From a virus: a DNA stretch of 64,000 nt. Positions within the stretch are counted from its first letter, which is position 1. Each line of letters begins with the position of its first letter. Shown here piece after piece: positions 46,477-55,599 of the stretch. Location: positions 32,001 to 96,000 of IMG/VR virus record IMGVR_UViG_3300050821_009780; one strand, written 5' to 3'. The translations under genes and the position numbers were made by a program. A model generated the notes under the pieces. That model was not told the DNA's origin, did no database searches, and was given only the letters and a program-made list of their open reading frames with translations.

Positions 46477-49022
46477 GGTGCCCCCGGAGACTCGATGCCG
46501 GCCACCACCATGGCCGCCTTCCATGCATCCTCGCTGAACCCCGGCTCCGTGCTGGCCTGCTCGCGGACAGCATCCAGATCCAGGTCGTCCATCCCCGTGC
46601 CGGCGGTCATAGCTACCTGCCCCTTCTCCGCTGCCCGGGCCTGCGCCTCGGTAGCCCCTACGTACTCCATGATGTGGTAGTCCGGGTGATCGAACTTCTC
46701 CGTGTTCCAATCCGGTGCGGCCAGCGCCGGGTCGAACGGGAAGACCTGCTTGTCCCGGAACCCGAGCGACGCGTACAGCTTGGGCAGCACGGGACCGTAC
46801 GCCTCGATGTAGTTCGCCCCGTGCTCACTGACGGCCAGCCTGAGCAGCGCCAGCCCGGTGCCCTTATCCCCGGAGGTGTTGAACAGCCCGGTCGGCTCGA
46901 TGCGCCCATCCTTGTGGTCGTGGATGAGTATCCCGGCCTTCCCGCCGGCTGCGAGGATAGCTGTCATGCCCGCGTTCCTGATGTCCGCTGCGGTGTAGTG
47001 GTTGACGAAGGCACTGTACGGGCTGCCCTCGAATGCCTTGTTGAGCGTGCTCGCGAACTCCTCGGGGCTGGCCAGCCGAGTGCCGGGCGGCCCCGACCCG
47101 GCGGCGCGGGCTGCCTCCTGCGCCCGGGCCTCCTTGCTGCCGGGCTGCAGCGTGCGCAGCAGCGCCTCCACCGACGGGATGCCGGCGGGCACGGACGGCG
47201 CGGACTTCTCCGCCAGCCTGGGCGCGGTCCCGTTGTTGTCCCAGAGCTGCCAGTCGGCGAACCGGGACTTCAGCGCCTCGAAGACGAGCTTGTTGCGGGT
47301 GATGCCGCGGACGACCTCCTGGGAGCGGATCAAGTCGGGCGGCACGTACCGGCCGCCGAGCGGATCGCGTCCCTCCCGGTAGGCTTCCAGGCCCTGCCGG
47401 TAGCGCTTAGCGGCGCGCTGCACGGCCCGTTCCACCGGGCTATCCACGAACACGCCGCGAGTGGTGTACCCGTGCTGCTCCAGGGCAGCGAGGCGCTGGG
47501 AGACGCTGGCCTCGTCGGCCATGGTGATATCCCAGGCGATGTTCTTGCCGCGCTCGGCCAGCAGCCGGGCGGCCTGGTCGGCCAGGTAGGACGACTCGTC
47601 GTGCACCAGCGGGGAGGCTTCCAGCGGGGACAGCCCGGCGACCTCGGGGACCAGCCCGCGCCGGGCCAGCTCGGCCTTGAAGTCGTCGGGGTTGACGACG
47701 GCGTAGTCGCGCAGGCTGATGTCCGGGATCTGCTTGAGCACGGTGGTCTTGCCGGCCCCGCCGAGCCCGCCCATGACCAGCGCCCGGTGCTCGGACGGCA
47801 CGGATACCTGCCTGGCCAGGAAGTCCTGGAGGATCTGCTGGTGCTCCAGGGCGCGCTGCGGCAGCCAGGAGTAGCCGCCGTCGCGGGAGTGCAGCACGGA
47901 GGTGGCCTGGCCCTTGCCGGCGGCGGCGTTGACCTTCTCCTGCACGTCGCGGGCGTGCACGGCGTACTGCTCGTCGGTGAGCGGCGCGTACTGGCCGGGG
48001 GCGGCCTGCCCGGCGGCAGCGGCACGGGCGGCGGCCTGCGCGGCGCGGGCGCCGGACTCGGCCTTGCGCAGCTCCCCGAGGTGGTCGCGGAGATCGGACT
48101 GCCGCTGGCTCTCCTCGCGCTGGGCGTAGCCTTCCAGCCGCCGGTTGGCCTGATCCAGCGCGGAGTCCTGGGGAGAGGGTGCCTGCTGCGGCAGCGGCTG
48201 CGGCACGTGCGCGTGCGCGTGCCGGCTGAGGGTGTCCCCGGCCAGCGGGGTGACGAACCGGGAGCCGAGGTGCGGGTGGACCGCCTGCGCGCCCGTGGGG
48301 GGCGGCGGCAGCTTAGGCGGCTCGGGCTGCACGGCCGGGTGCTGCGGGCCCTCCTGAAGCCGCTCCGCCGCGCGGGCGGCCCGTTCGGGGACGGCCCCGG
48401 TGAGGCGGCGGGTGCGGGTGGACCTGACCCCGGACTGCTTGTCGATGTCCCGCATCCGGGACTGGACGTGGGAGATGCTATCGCGGACAGACTGCTTCTG
48501 CTGGTCGGTCTCCGCACGGGGCAGCAGCTGCTCGGCGGCGGTCCGGTGCGCCTCGTGCAGCTGCTCGTAGCCCTTGGCCAGAGCGGGACTATCCGGGTCG
48601 GACAGGTGCTGGTGGGCGGCGTCCACGTGCCCGGCGAACTTCTCAGCAGACGGCTTGTCGATATCGTGGAAGCGCTGGCTGCCCCACAGCGCCTGGCCCT
48701 TCTTCGCCCACGCCTGCTGCGCGGCCAGCCACTTGGCCTGGCTGGTGTCGTCGATGACGTGGCCGGGGGCACCCTGGACGAAGTGCGGGTCGTGGCCGCC
48801 GGGGTGCGGCAGGTCGCTGCGCAGCTCGGTGTGCGCCTTGACGTGCTCGGGGATGACCTTGCCCTGCTTGGTCTTCTGCAGCCGGGAGAACGGCCGGACC
48901 TGGAAGCTGGCCAGCTCCAGCGCCTCCGGGTCGGCGGCCAGCTCCAGCGCCCGCCCGGCGCTGATCTCCTCGACCAGATCGCGGGCCAGCGCGGCCAGGG
49001 CCTCCTCGGCGGGACTGGTCAC
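46473..49022 (-). CDS. Zeta-toxin-family P-loop kinase with a C-terminal GNAT-like domain
   Basis: MGGLGGAGKTT, VNPDDFK, VHDESS, WDITM, QRA..R, GGRYVP, WDN; then GLFN..GTG..LL..AV..GA..EAY..LPKLY..LGF. Confidence 0.88.
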   Translation of the reverse strand: MTSPAEEALAALARDLVEEISAGRALELAADPEALELASFQVRPFSRLQKTKQGKVIPEHVKAHTELRSDLPHPGGHDPHFVQGAPGHVIDDTSQAKWLAAQQAWAKKGQALWGSQRFHDIDKPSAEKFAGHVDAAHQHLSDPDSPALAKGYEQLHEAHRTAAEQLLPRAETDQQKQSVRDSISHVQSRMRDIDKQSGVRSTRTRRLTGAVPERAARAAERLQEGPQHPAVQPEPPKLPPPPTGAQAVHPHLGSRFVTPLAGDTLSRHAHAHVPQPLPQQAPSPQDSALDQANRRLEGYAQREESQRQSDLRDHLGELRKAESGARAAQAAARAAAAGQAAPGQYAPLTDEQYAVHARDVQEKVNAAAGKGQATSVLHSRDGGYSWLPQRALEHQQILQDFLARQVSVPSEHRALVMGGLGGAGKTTVLKQIPDISLRDYAVVNPDDFKAELARRGLVPEVAGLSPLEASPLVHDESSYLADQAARLLAERGKNIAWDITMADEASVSQRLAALEQHGYTTRGVFVDSPVERAVQRAAKRYRQGLEAYREGRDPLGGRYVPPDLIRSQEVVRGITRNKLVFEALKSRFADWQLWDNNGTAPRLAEKSAPSVPAGIPSVEALLRTLQPGSKEARAQEAARAAGSGPPGTRLASPEEFASTLNKAFEGSPYSAFVNHYTAADIRNAGMTAILAAGGKAGILIHDHKDGRIEPTGLFNTSGDKGTGLALLRLAVSEHGANYIEAYGPVLPKLYASLGFRDKQVFPFDPALAAPDWNTEKFDHPDYHIMEYVGATEAQARAAEKGQVAMTAGTGMDDLDLDAVREQASTEPGFSEDAWKAAMVVAGIESPGAP

Positions 49023-49144
49023 GACTCGCTCCAGGTGCAGTTATTGCAGCACAGGAACTCCTCGCCGGAAGCTGTAACCTCGGTGCCTAGGTCAGCGCTG
49101 CCGCACCGGGGGCAGTGCTCCTCGCACTCAGCGGAATCCGGCAC
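49019..49144 (-). CDS. Small zinc-ribbon peptide (41 aa, not in ORF track)
   Basis: HCPRCGS..LCCNNCTWSE; fills the gap with overlaps. Confidence 0.5.
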   Translation of the reverse strand: MPDSAECEEHCPRCGSADLGTEVTASGEEFLCCNNCTWSES

Positions 49145-50723
49145 CGCTGCCTCCGCCCGACGGCCCCTGCCCGCTCACCGGCTGGCTGTTCCCGCCGCCT
49201 CCGCCTGCGGCGGGCTGCGGCGAGGGCACGGCGGGAGACTGGGCGGCCATGTTGCCGGCGGTGTTCCCGGCCATGACCGGCATGCCGCCCATCATCTGCT
49301 GCTGGGCCTGGTCCTGCATGAGCTTCTGCTGCTTCTCCCGGTCGGCCTTGATCTTGTCGTAGTCGATGTCGAACGCCAGCTCCTCGCTCATCCGCTGCTC
49401 CAGCTCCAGCATGAACTCAGGGGTGACGTTGGCACTCTGCCCTGCTACGGCCAGCTTGTCGAAGGTGTCCTGGATCGCGGCCTTCTGCTCGGCGGTGAGC
49501 GCCCCCCACTTGAACTCGGGGTACTTCTCGGAGCCGAAGTTCCAGTCCACGAACCGCGGGAAGATGCAGTTGTTAATGACCTCGGCCATCTCCTCCAGGA
49601 TGCCCTCCAGCATCATCATGAAGGTGGTGTCGTTCTGCTTGCCGAAGTCCACCAGGGTGGAGTCGCCCTGGCCGGCCCCCGCCCCGGAGTCGGAGTCGAA
49701 CCACTGGGCCAGCACCGACTTGGACATCTGGCTGTTGTGGTGGTTGATGAGGCCGAGGAAGTCGAACCGGGAACTGGTCTCGTTGATGGACTGCACCGTC
49801 CAGTCGGCGGACGGGACGACCATGTACTGGGCCAGGCCGAGCTGGGACAGCGCCCGGGTGAAGTTGTTCTTGTCCTGCGGGGTCGGGTTGGGCACCATGG
49901 TGCCGACCCGCAGCCCGACGGCGGCGCGCTGCGCGGCCAGGTGCGCGATGAAGTAGAGCTTTTCCTTCTTGTCGTAGTGGTAGAAGGCGCTCTCGAACAT
50001 GCTCACGCCGTAGAACGGGCGCTCGGCCTCGTCGTGGGCGAAGTAGACGGCGGTGTCCTTGGGGATCTTCACGTCGATGGTGCGGCCCTGGAAGAACGTG
50101 CGCTGCCGGAAGCCGTTCCACCGGCCCTGGCCGTCGAGCAGGAAGGTCAGCGTCTCGGCGGGGCGCCAGTCCAGGGCGCGCAGCGTGGTCTTGCCCTTGT
50201 TGGGGCCGGTCTTCGGGGTCCAGTAAATCATTTCCCAGGCGCTGAACCCGGAGAACAGGGCGAGCAGCATCTGCTTGACGAACCGGGTGAAGCTGAACTC
50301 CATGCCGCCCGCGGACGGCGGCAGGAACAGCAGATCCTTGCAGAACTGGGCTTCCTCGGTGCCGCCGACCACCCCGTCGCGGGGAATCACGTCGGAGTGC
50401 TTGAGGCTGGCGAGAATCGGCTTGGTGATGAGCCGGAACAGGGCCCGGGCCTGGCCGTCGCGCCGCCGCATGGTGACAAGCTGACGGACCGTGACTGGAT
50501 CGTCCCTGAATAGCTCCCAGCTATCCCGGTACGGAGTGGCGAACGGGAGAAAGTACGGGACACCGACGCTGAAGTTGTCCGCCTCGGGCGGCGGCTGGGG
50601 CAGGGCCTGCGCGTCCTCCAGGACATAGCCCTCCTGGCCGAACCCCTGGGACGTGACTCCCATACCGCCCGGAGGGGACAGCCGTCCCTCGGATGAGCCG
50701 AAGCCGCTACCTGGTGTCGTCAC
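49128..50723 (-). CDS. Portal protein (DUF935/Mu gp29-like)
   Basis: GFSAWEM, PFYGVSMFESAF, INHHNSQMSKSVL, DWNF..YP.F; start re-called at GTG 50723. Confidence 0.92.
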   Translation of the reverse strand: MTTPGSGFGSSEGRLSPPGGMGVTSQGFGQEGYVLEDAQALPQPPPEADNFSVGVPYFLPFATPYRDSWELFRDDPVTVRQLVTMRRRDGQARALFRLITKPILASLKHSDVIPRDGVVGGTEEAQFCKDLLFLPPSAGGMEFSFTRFVKQMLLALFSGFSAWEMIYWTPKTGPNKGKTTLRALDWRPAETLTFLLDGQGRWNGFRQRTFFQGRTIDVKIPKDTAVYFAHDEAERPFYGVSMFESAFYHYDKKEKLYFIAHLAAQRAAVGLRVGTMVPNPTPQDKNNFTRALSQLGLAQYMVVPSADWTVQSINETSSRFDFLGLINHHNSQMSKSVLAQWFDSDSGAGAGQGDSTLVDFGKQNDTTFMMMLEGILEEMAEVINNCIFPRFVDWNFGSEKYPEFKWGALTAEQKAAIQDTFDKLAVAGQSANVTPEFMLELEQRMSEELAFDIDYDKIKADREKQQKLMQDQAQQQMMGGMPVMAGNTAGNMAAQSPAVPSPQPAAGGGGGNSQPVSGQGPSGGGSGAGFR

Positions 50724-50769
50724 ACCGAGGTAGATCGGTGCCAAGCGGGCAGCTTATCCCCGCTAATCC

Positions 50770-51318
50770 CTACCGCAGCACCTGTATTTTCAGGGTGGTC
50801 GCCACCAGGACACCGGTGGTGGACTTCGCCCCCGGCTGCTGCAGGGTGAGGTCCAGCTCAGGGGCGTTGTTGGCGATCTTCTGCGCCTTCGCCGCCGCAT
50901 TCAGGATGACCTGCGGGTCGGCGGCGGCGCTGACGCCCGCGCCCGCGCTCGCGGTGGACTTGGCAGTGGAGGAAGTATTCACGCCCGCGCCCGCACTCGC
51001 GGTGGACTTGGGCCCGGCGGTGTTCACGCCCGCCCCCGCAGTCTTGGTGCCCGCTGTGTTCGGCTTGGCTGCAGCCGACGTAGGCTTGTACGGCTTGATG
51101 GCGGTCACCGTGTACGCGGTCCGGCCGACCTGGATGACGTTCCCCGGCTTGAGCGACGAAGCAGGCATAAGGCCCGATCCTCCGGCGACGTGGCCCTGCA
51201 CGTGCTGCCGGACCACCTGGGGACGGCCCCGCTCGACCCGCTGGTACATGCGGACGGGCACCGTCTGGCGGGCGGTGCCGGCCAGGCGCAGCAGCTTGCC
51301 CAGGGGAGTCTCGGTCAC
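50770..51318 (-). CDS. Probable internal virion protein with Ala/Thr/Ser repeats
   Basis: GTG 9 nt after CGAT; LLRLAG; V..YQRVERGRPQVVRQH; KSTASAGAGV repeats. Confidence 0.7.
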   Translation of the reverse strand: MTETPLGKLLRLAGTARQTVPVRMYQRVERGRPQVVRQHVQGHVAGGSGLMPASSLKPGNVIQVGRTAYTVTAIKPYKPTSAAAKPNTAGTKTAGAGVNTAGPKSTASAGAGVNTSSTAKSTASAGAGVSAAADPQVILNAAAKAQKIANNAPELDLTLQQPGAKSTTGVLVATTLKIQVLR

Positions 51319-51336
51319 ACCGGACAAATCGGTGCC

Positions 51337-51370
51337 GGAAAACAAGCAGCCCCGGCGAGCCGGGGCTGCT
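51337..51370 (-). terminator. Intrinsic terminator
   Basis: AGCAGCCCCGG/CCGGGGCTGCT stem then TGTTTT on the minus strand. Confidence 0.8.
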
Positions 51371-51379
51371 CCTGGGGTA

Positions 51380-51529
51380 CTAGCGCTTCCTGCCATGCGG
51401 AGTCCTCTCCGGGTTCCGCTGCGTGCGCGCCGGGTTGTTCTTCGTCCGCCGGTGCTCGGCGGCGTACCTGGCGCACTTGACGCGGTTCCTGTTGAACTTC
51501 CGGTTCTTCTTTCCCTGCTTGTGGGGCAT
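51380..51529 (-). CDS. 49-aa highly basic peptide (not in ORF track)
   Basis: MPHKQGKKNRKFNRNRVKCARYAAEHRRTKNN..; purine-rich SD; terminator directly after the stop. Confidence 0.7.
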   Translation of the reverse strand: MPHKQGKKNRKFNRNRVKCARYAAEHRRTKNNPARTQRNPERTPHGRKR

Positions 51530-51608
51530 TTCCTCTCACCCCCTCTCACATCCGGTCCTAGGACTGGGGTGTGAGATGGCGCAGAAGAACCACGGCCCCT
51601 CCTCTCGA

Positions 51609-51646
51609 CAAGAAACAGCTCCCGCCGGGGGTGCGGCGGGAGCTGT
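51609..51646 (-). terminator. Intrinsic terminator
   Basis: 13-bp stem ACAGCTCCCGCCG/CGGCGGGAGCTGT then TTCTT. Confidence 0.75.
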
Positions 51647-51719
51647 CGGGCTGCAGGCGGTTGCCCGCAGCGGGGTTGTGGACGGCCGATGCAGCTGACA
51701 AGGCTGCTAGCCGCCAGCC

Positions 51720-51748
51720 ATACTACCGGACGGTTGCCTCAAGTCAAG
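51720..51748 (-). promoter_or_regulatory. Sigma70-type promoter with operator variant
   Basis: TTGACT-N16-TAGTAT; CTTGACTTGAGGCAAC. Confidence 0.65.
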
Positions 51749-52023
51749 TCGGTCATGGTCCCGGTCTCCACGCCGCCGGTGACGACATCGTGGCACAGGC
51801 AGAGGCAGCCCGAGCCTTGCGGCGGCTCCTCGCCCTTGCAGGCCGCATGCAGGTGACGGGCATATTCCGGCTTACTGCCAGTGAGCTTCATGGCGTCCTG
51901 GCAGGTGAGGCTGAGCCTGCTGTTCGCCGCTATCCGGTGCGCCTTCTGGAGCTGCCGGGCCAATATCTCCTCGCGGAGCCTGCGGCGCTCCAAGATGGTC
52001 ATTCCCCGCCGGAAGCTAGGCAT
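51739..52023 (-). CDS. Hypothetical Cys-containing protein
   Basis: H..CKG..GCLCLCH. Confidence 0.6.
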   Translation of the reverse strand: MPSFRRGMTILERRRLREEILARQLQKAHRIAANSRLSLTCQDAMKLTGSKPEYARHLHAACKGEEPPQGSGCLCLCHDVVTGGVETGTMTDLT

Positions 52024-52252
52024 ACCGCACGCTCGTCTTCCCCTGGTAAGTGGCTACTGTCATCTTGTCGGCCTGGTCGCCTGGCAGCAGGTGGCAGTAC
52101 GCTGCCCCGCTCAGGTGCACCAGGCCGAACGAACGGCCGTCCGGCATTCCCGGACGTACATCAGCTCCGCAGTGATCGCATTTCCTGATCCAGACAGCAG
52201 CACAGTCGCACCCGAGCAGCCCGGTGATGCACTCGCCGTACAGGCACGCCAC
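52016..52252 (-). CDS. Hypothetical Cys-containing protein
   Basis: Operon-consistent. Confidence 0.5.
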   Translation of the reverse strand: MACLYGECITGLLGCDCAAVWIRKCDHCGADVRPGMPDGRSFGLVHLSGAAYCHLLPGDQADKMTVATYQGKTSVRYA

Positions 52253-52361
52253 CTACAGCACCCCCACCAGGATCAAGCCTCCGAGGGTGCCTGCGGCAAC
52301 CGCGAAGAACAGGGCAGCTCCGAACAGCCAGTACAGCAGACAGCCCAGATCACGCCCGAAG

Positions 52362-52685
52362 TCATCCACGGAGACGCTCCAGCAGCAGCTCCCCGTCGCT
52401 CGGGTATCCCCGGCCCGGATACCGCTGATAGGCAAGAAGCGGCGGGACAGTACGCCGGGCCTTCTTCGCAGGGCGCCACTTATCGCCCATATCCCGCATA
52501 AGACCGTGACCGGCCGGGCACCGGGGTCCTCCGCCGAAACCGAGGTGCGGGGCCTTGCACACGTGCAGGCACGTCTCGCACAGGAACTTGCTCTTCGGGC
52601 CGGACCGGCAGCAGCGGCAAAACGCGTTGATACCCGGACCGACGTAACCGTGCGCCACTAACCTCACCGCCTTGTCTTGAGACAA
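52362..52685 (-). CDS. Hypothetical Cys-rich protein (start uncertain)
   Basis: FLCETC..PRCP.GH..M.DMG.KWR. Confidence 0.6.
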   Translation of the reverse strand: MSQDKAVRLVAHGYVGPGINAFCRCCRSGPKSKFLCETCLHVCKAPHLGFGGGPRCPAGHGLMRDMGDKWRPAKKARRTVPPLLAYQRYPGRGYPSDGELLLERLRG

Positions 52686-52694
52686 GTATACCAG

Positions 52695-54701
52695 CTACTG
52701 CTGGTGGTACCCGGCCTCTCCTACGTCGTACACCCGCTCGCCGCCCGGCAGGCTGTAGTACTCCATCTCCCGGTCCTTGACCTCCTCCGGGATAGGGTCC
52801 TCCGATATCAGGTAGGTCATGTCCGGCATGCCGATGGGCAGCAGCGACCGGTCGGCGGACCCGCCCCACGAGTAGTTGCCGGACGGGAACGCGCGCCGTC
52901 CCTGCTCGTCCTCCTGCCCGCCGAGGCGCAGCGCCCCGGACACCGCCCCGGACAGGCCGTCGGCCAGGTCCTTGCTGCCGCCGGCCGGGTGATCGATCTT
53001 CCCGTTCGGCATCCGGGACAGGGTGAGCAACTCGCGCATCATGATCTCGTTGCCGGGCATCTCCAGCCGGCTCTCGTACGCCGTGTCGCGCAGGTTGCGC
53101 CAGCCGGTCTCGTCGCGGTCCAGGGAGAACTTGTCGGTCTCGATGCCGGCGCTCGCCAGCCGCTGCAGCAGGTCGGTGGACTGCCACTGGTCGGCGGTGA
53201 ACAGGGCGAGGATGAAGCCGCGGCGGCGCAGCTCCAGCGCCAGGTCGCCTACCCAGCGGATCTGGATCTCCCGGGCGGGGACGGCGGACTTGTCGGCCTC
53301 GTAGCCGATGACGAAGTCCACCTTGACCAGGGGACGGGACTCGTGCAGGGCCACGTCCAGCCCGCCCTCGTCGGCGCCGAGCACGGTGACGTCGTTCCAG
53401 CTCTTGACGTGCGCGAGGGCGACCCCGGCCCGGCAGGCGTCCACCGCGAGGTCGGCGTGCAGCGCGTACCGCGCGCCCTGGATGGGAATCAGGTCGGGGC
53501 TGAACTTGTAGACCGGGCGCCACGCTTTGCCGTCCCGGACGTAGTCCACTTCCAGCGGCTGCACGTCGTGGCTGGAGGTGTAGACGCAGGAGCGCAGCGC
53601 CAGCTCGTTGGCGAAGTAGGGCGACACGGTGTAGGAGGGCTTGCACTCGTACCGCGCCCGGGCCATGACGGGGTCGTCCCGGTAGTCCTTGGCGAACTGC
53701 TCCTTGCCCTTGACCCGGGGGTTGACCTCCCAGGTGGCGAAGGGGCCGGAGACGTAGTGCCGGGACTGGTCGCCGTGCGCCGCCAGATCCTGGTTGCCCT
53801 CGTCCACCAGCTGCTGGATCTTGCTGCCCAGGTAGCGGGGCCAGGAGATACGGATGTTCTTGTAGGTCTCGAACCGGGTGGAGGCCGAAGTCTGGAGCAT
53901 CATGAGGATGGCCTCGGCAGTGGTGGTGGACTCGCGGGCCCCGCGCCGCCCGCCGGACTTCTCCAGCTCGCCGACCGTCTTGAACGCGTCGATCTCGTCG
54001 GCGACGCCGAGGATCAGGTTGAGGCCCTCCTGGCTGTCGGCGTCGGAGTGGCCGGAGACCGCCTCGATGTTCTTCGGGAAGCGGATGGTGTCCAGCAGCG
54101 CGGTGGCGTTGCGCTCCTCGCCGGGCTTGGGCTTGGGCGGCCTTCCGCGCCCGGCCTTGCGCTCGTTGATCTCCACCGCACCCATGGTGGTGAACCAGTT
54201 GCCGGAGCGGGTGACCGCCTTGCGGAGCGGGGCGAAGAACGCGCGCTGCGCCTGCCGGGAGTTGGACGCCACGTTGAGCACGTGGATCGAGTCCTGCGGC
54301 GGCATCTCGTAGTACGCCTGCGGGGAGCGCAGGCACAGCAGCAGGTAGCAGACCCGCAGCACCGCGATGCGGGACACGTGGTCCTTGCCAGAGCCCTTGC
54401 CCCACTCCAGCTCCAGGAAGTTGACCTGGCGGACCGGGGTCTTCCAGAACGCGCGGCCGACCGGGTCCGGGTGGTGGGCGGCGATGTACTCGTAGGTCTC
54501 CGGGTAGTAGATACGCTCGGCGTGCAGCACCGAATCGTACTGGATCTCCGACAGCCGGGGGTTGGCCAGGTACAGCGGGCTGGTGACGAACTCGGTCAGG
54601 GTGACCGGCCACTCCTCGAAGACACGGTCGGTGGAGCTGCCGCCGCGAGTGATCTTCGGCGGGGCGAGCGCGGAGAAGTCGGAGTTGGCCCACTCAGTCA
54701 T
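52695..54701 (-). CDS. terL: Terminase large subunit
   Basis: Walker A WGKGSGKD, Walker B LGVADEID, RNase H-like HADLA, DQWQS, KIDHP..GSKDLAD; start re-called at ATG 54701. Confidence 0.95.
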   Translation of the reverse strand: MTEWANSDFSALAPPKITRGGSSTDRVFEEWPVTLTEFVTSPLYLANPRLSEIQYDSVLHAERIYYPETYEYIAAHHPDPVGRAFWKTPVRQVNFLELEWGKGSGKDHVSRIAVLRVCYLLLCLRSPQAYYEMPPQDSIHVLNVASNSRQAQRAFFAPLRKAVTRSGNWFTTMGAVEINERKAGRGRPPKPKPGEERNATALLDTIRFPKNIEAVSGHSDADSQEGLNLILGVADEIDAFKTVGELEKSGGRRGARESTTTAEAILMMLQTSASTRFETYKNIRISWPRYLGSKIQQLVDEGNQDLAAHGDQSRHYVSGPFATWEVNPRVKGKEQFAKDYRDDPVMARARYECKPSYTVSPYFANELALRSCVYTSSHDVQPLEVDYVRDGKAWRPVYKFSPDLIPIQGARYALHADLAVDACRAGVALAHVKSWNDVTVLGADEGGLDVALHESRPLVKVDFVIGYEADKSAVPAREIQIRWVGDLALELRRRGFILALFTADQWQSTDLLQRLASAGIETDKFSLDRDETGWRNLRDTAYESRLEMPGNEIMMRELLTLSRMPNGKIDHPAGGSKDLADGLSGAVSGALRLGGQEDEQGRRAFPSGNYSWGGSADRSLLPIGMPDMTYLISEDPIPEEVKDREMEYYSLPGGERVYDVGEAGYHQQ

Positions 54702-54990
54702 CCCAGTCGAACCCCCAGCGCGGCTCGTACTCCACGCTCTCGCCCGAAGCCAGGCGGAGCGGGGCCTCCTCGGGGGCGTACCGGTGGCCGGGAACGCTCC
54801 AGTAGTGAGCCATGGCGCAGCGGCGGGACTCCCAGCACGCCCGCACACCCTCGTCGGTCAGGCCGCCGTTGATGCGCTCCTCGCCGCAGTACAGGTGCCA
54901 GTAGATGCCCTCATCTACCAGGGAGAAGCGGCGGGTGTACCCGGCGGGCAGCCGGTACGTCCGGTCGAGATCTAGGTAGTTCTGTGCCAC
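54694..54990 (-). CDS. Hypothetical protein
   Basis: GTG 10 nt after CGAT. Confidence 0.65.
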   Translation of the reverse strand: MAQNYLDLDRTYRLPAGYTRRFSLVDEGIYWHLYCGEERINGGLTDEGVRACWESRRCAMAHYWSVPGHRYAPEEAPLRLASGESVEYEPRWGFDWDD

Positions 54991-55008
54991 GCAGCAGGCA
55001 ATCGCCTG

Positions 55009-55557
55009 CTACCAGTCGCGGTCCCCGCCCGTCGTGTGGTTGGAGTCGTTATTGTGGTGGTGGTCGCCATCCTCGACGCGGATAACACGATGCGGGTGGC
55101 TGTGAGTGCCGTTGAACCGGCCGTGCTCCATGGCGACCGCCTGGGAGGCGGGGGCCTTGCCGGCCAGCCGCATGAACGTCTCGGAGTCGCTCTCGGCTGC
55201 CTCGCGGGCGGGCACCCGGGACAGGAGCAGCTCGCCGCCCTGCAGCGCGGACAGCGCGACCATGGCCTCCTGCACCAGCGCGGACGCCTTGACCTTCTTC
55301 TTGCCTGCGTCCTGGTCCGCCTTGGCGCCCTTGGCCTTCTTCTTGCCGAGCCACGGCGGCTTCTTCTTGCCGCCCTTGGCGTCGTCCTCATCCTCGTCGT
55401 CATCTTCGTCGTCGCCATCACCGTCGTCGTCCGTGTCGGCGAGCAGCAGCACCAGCTCGTTCAGCCGCTCAGCCGCCGCACGGACCAGCTCCTCGGCATC
55501 GTCGGCCGGGCCGCCCTCGGGGGCGGCGAGCCGCAGAACCTTTTCCAGGGCAGACAA
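55009..55557 (-). CDS. Probable internal head protein with acidic, Lys-rich and His-rich tracts
   Basis: SD GGAGG; MSALEKVLRLAA. Confidence 0.75.
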   Translation of the reverse strand: MSALEKVLRLAAPEGGPADDAEELVRAAAERLNELVLLLADTDDDGDGDDEDDDEDEDDAKGGKKKPPWLGKKKAKGAKADQDAGKKKVKASALVQEAMVALSALQGGELLLSRVPAREAAESDSETFMRLAGKAPASQAVAMEHGRFNGTHSHPHRVIRVEDGDHHHNNDSNHTTGGDRDW

Positions 55558-55599
55558 TGAGACCTCCGGTGTCGTTAGCTACGGCTGTCTAATCGCCCT

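Noticed and set aside
37548-50513. Long plus-strand ORFs (1099, 608, 461, 1279 aa) and similar ones elsewhere
   Set aside because: Antisense shadows of motif-bearing minus-strand genes.
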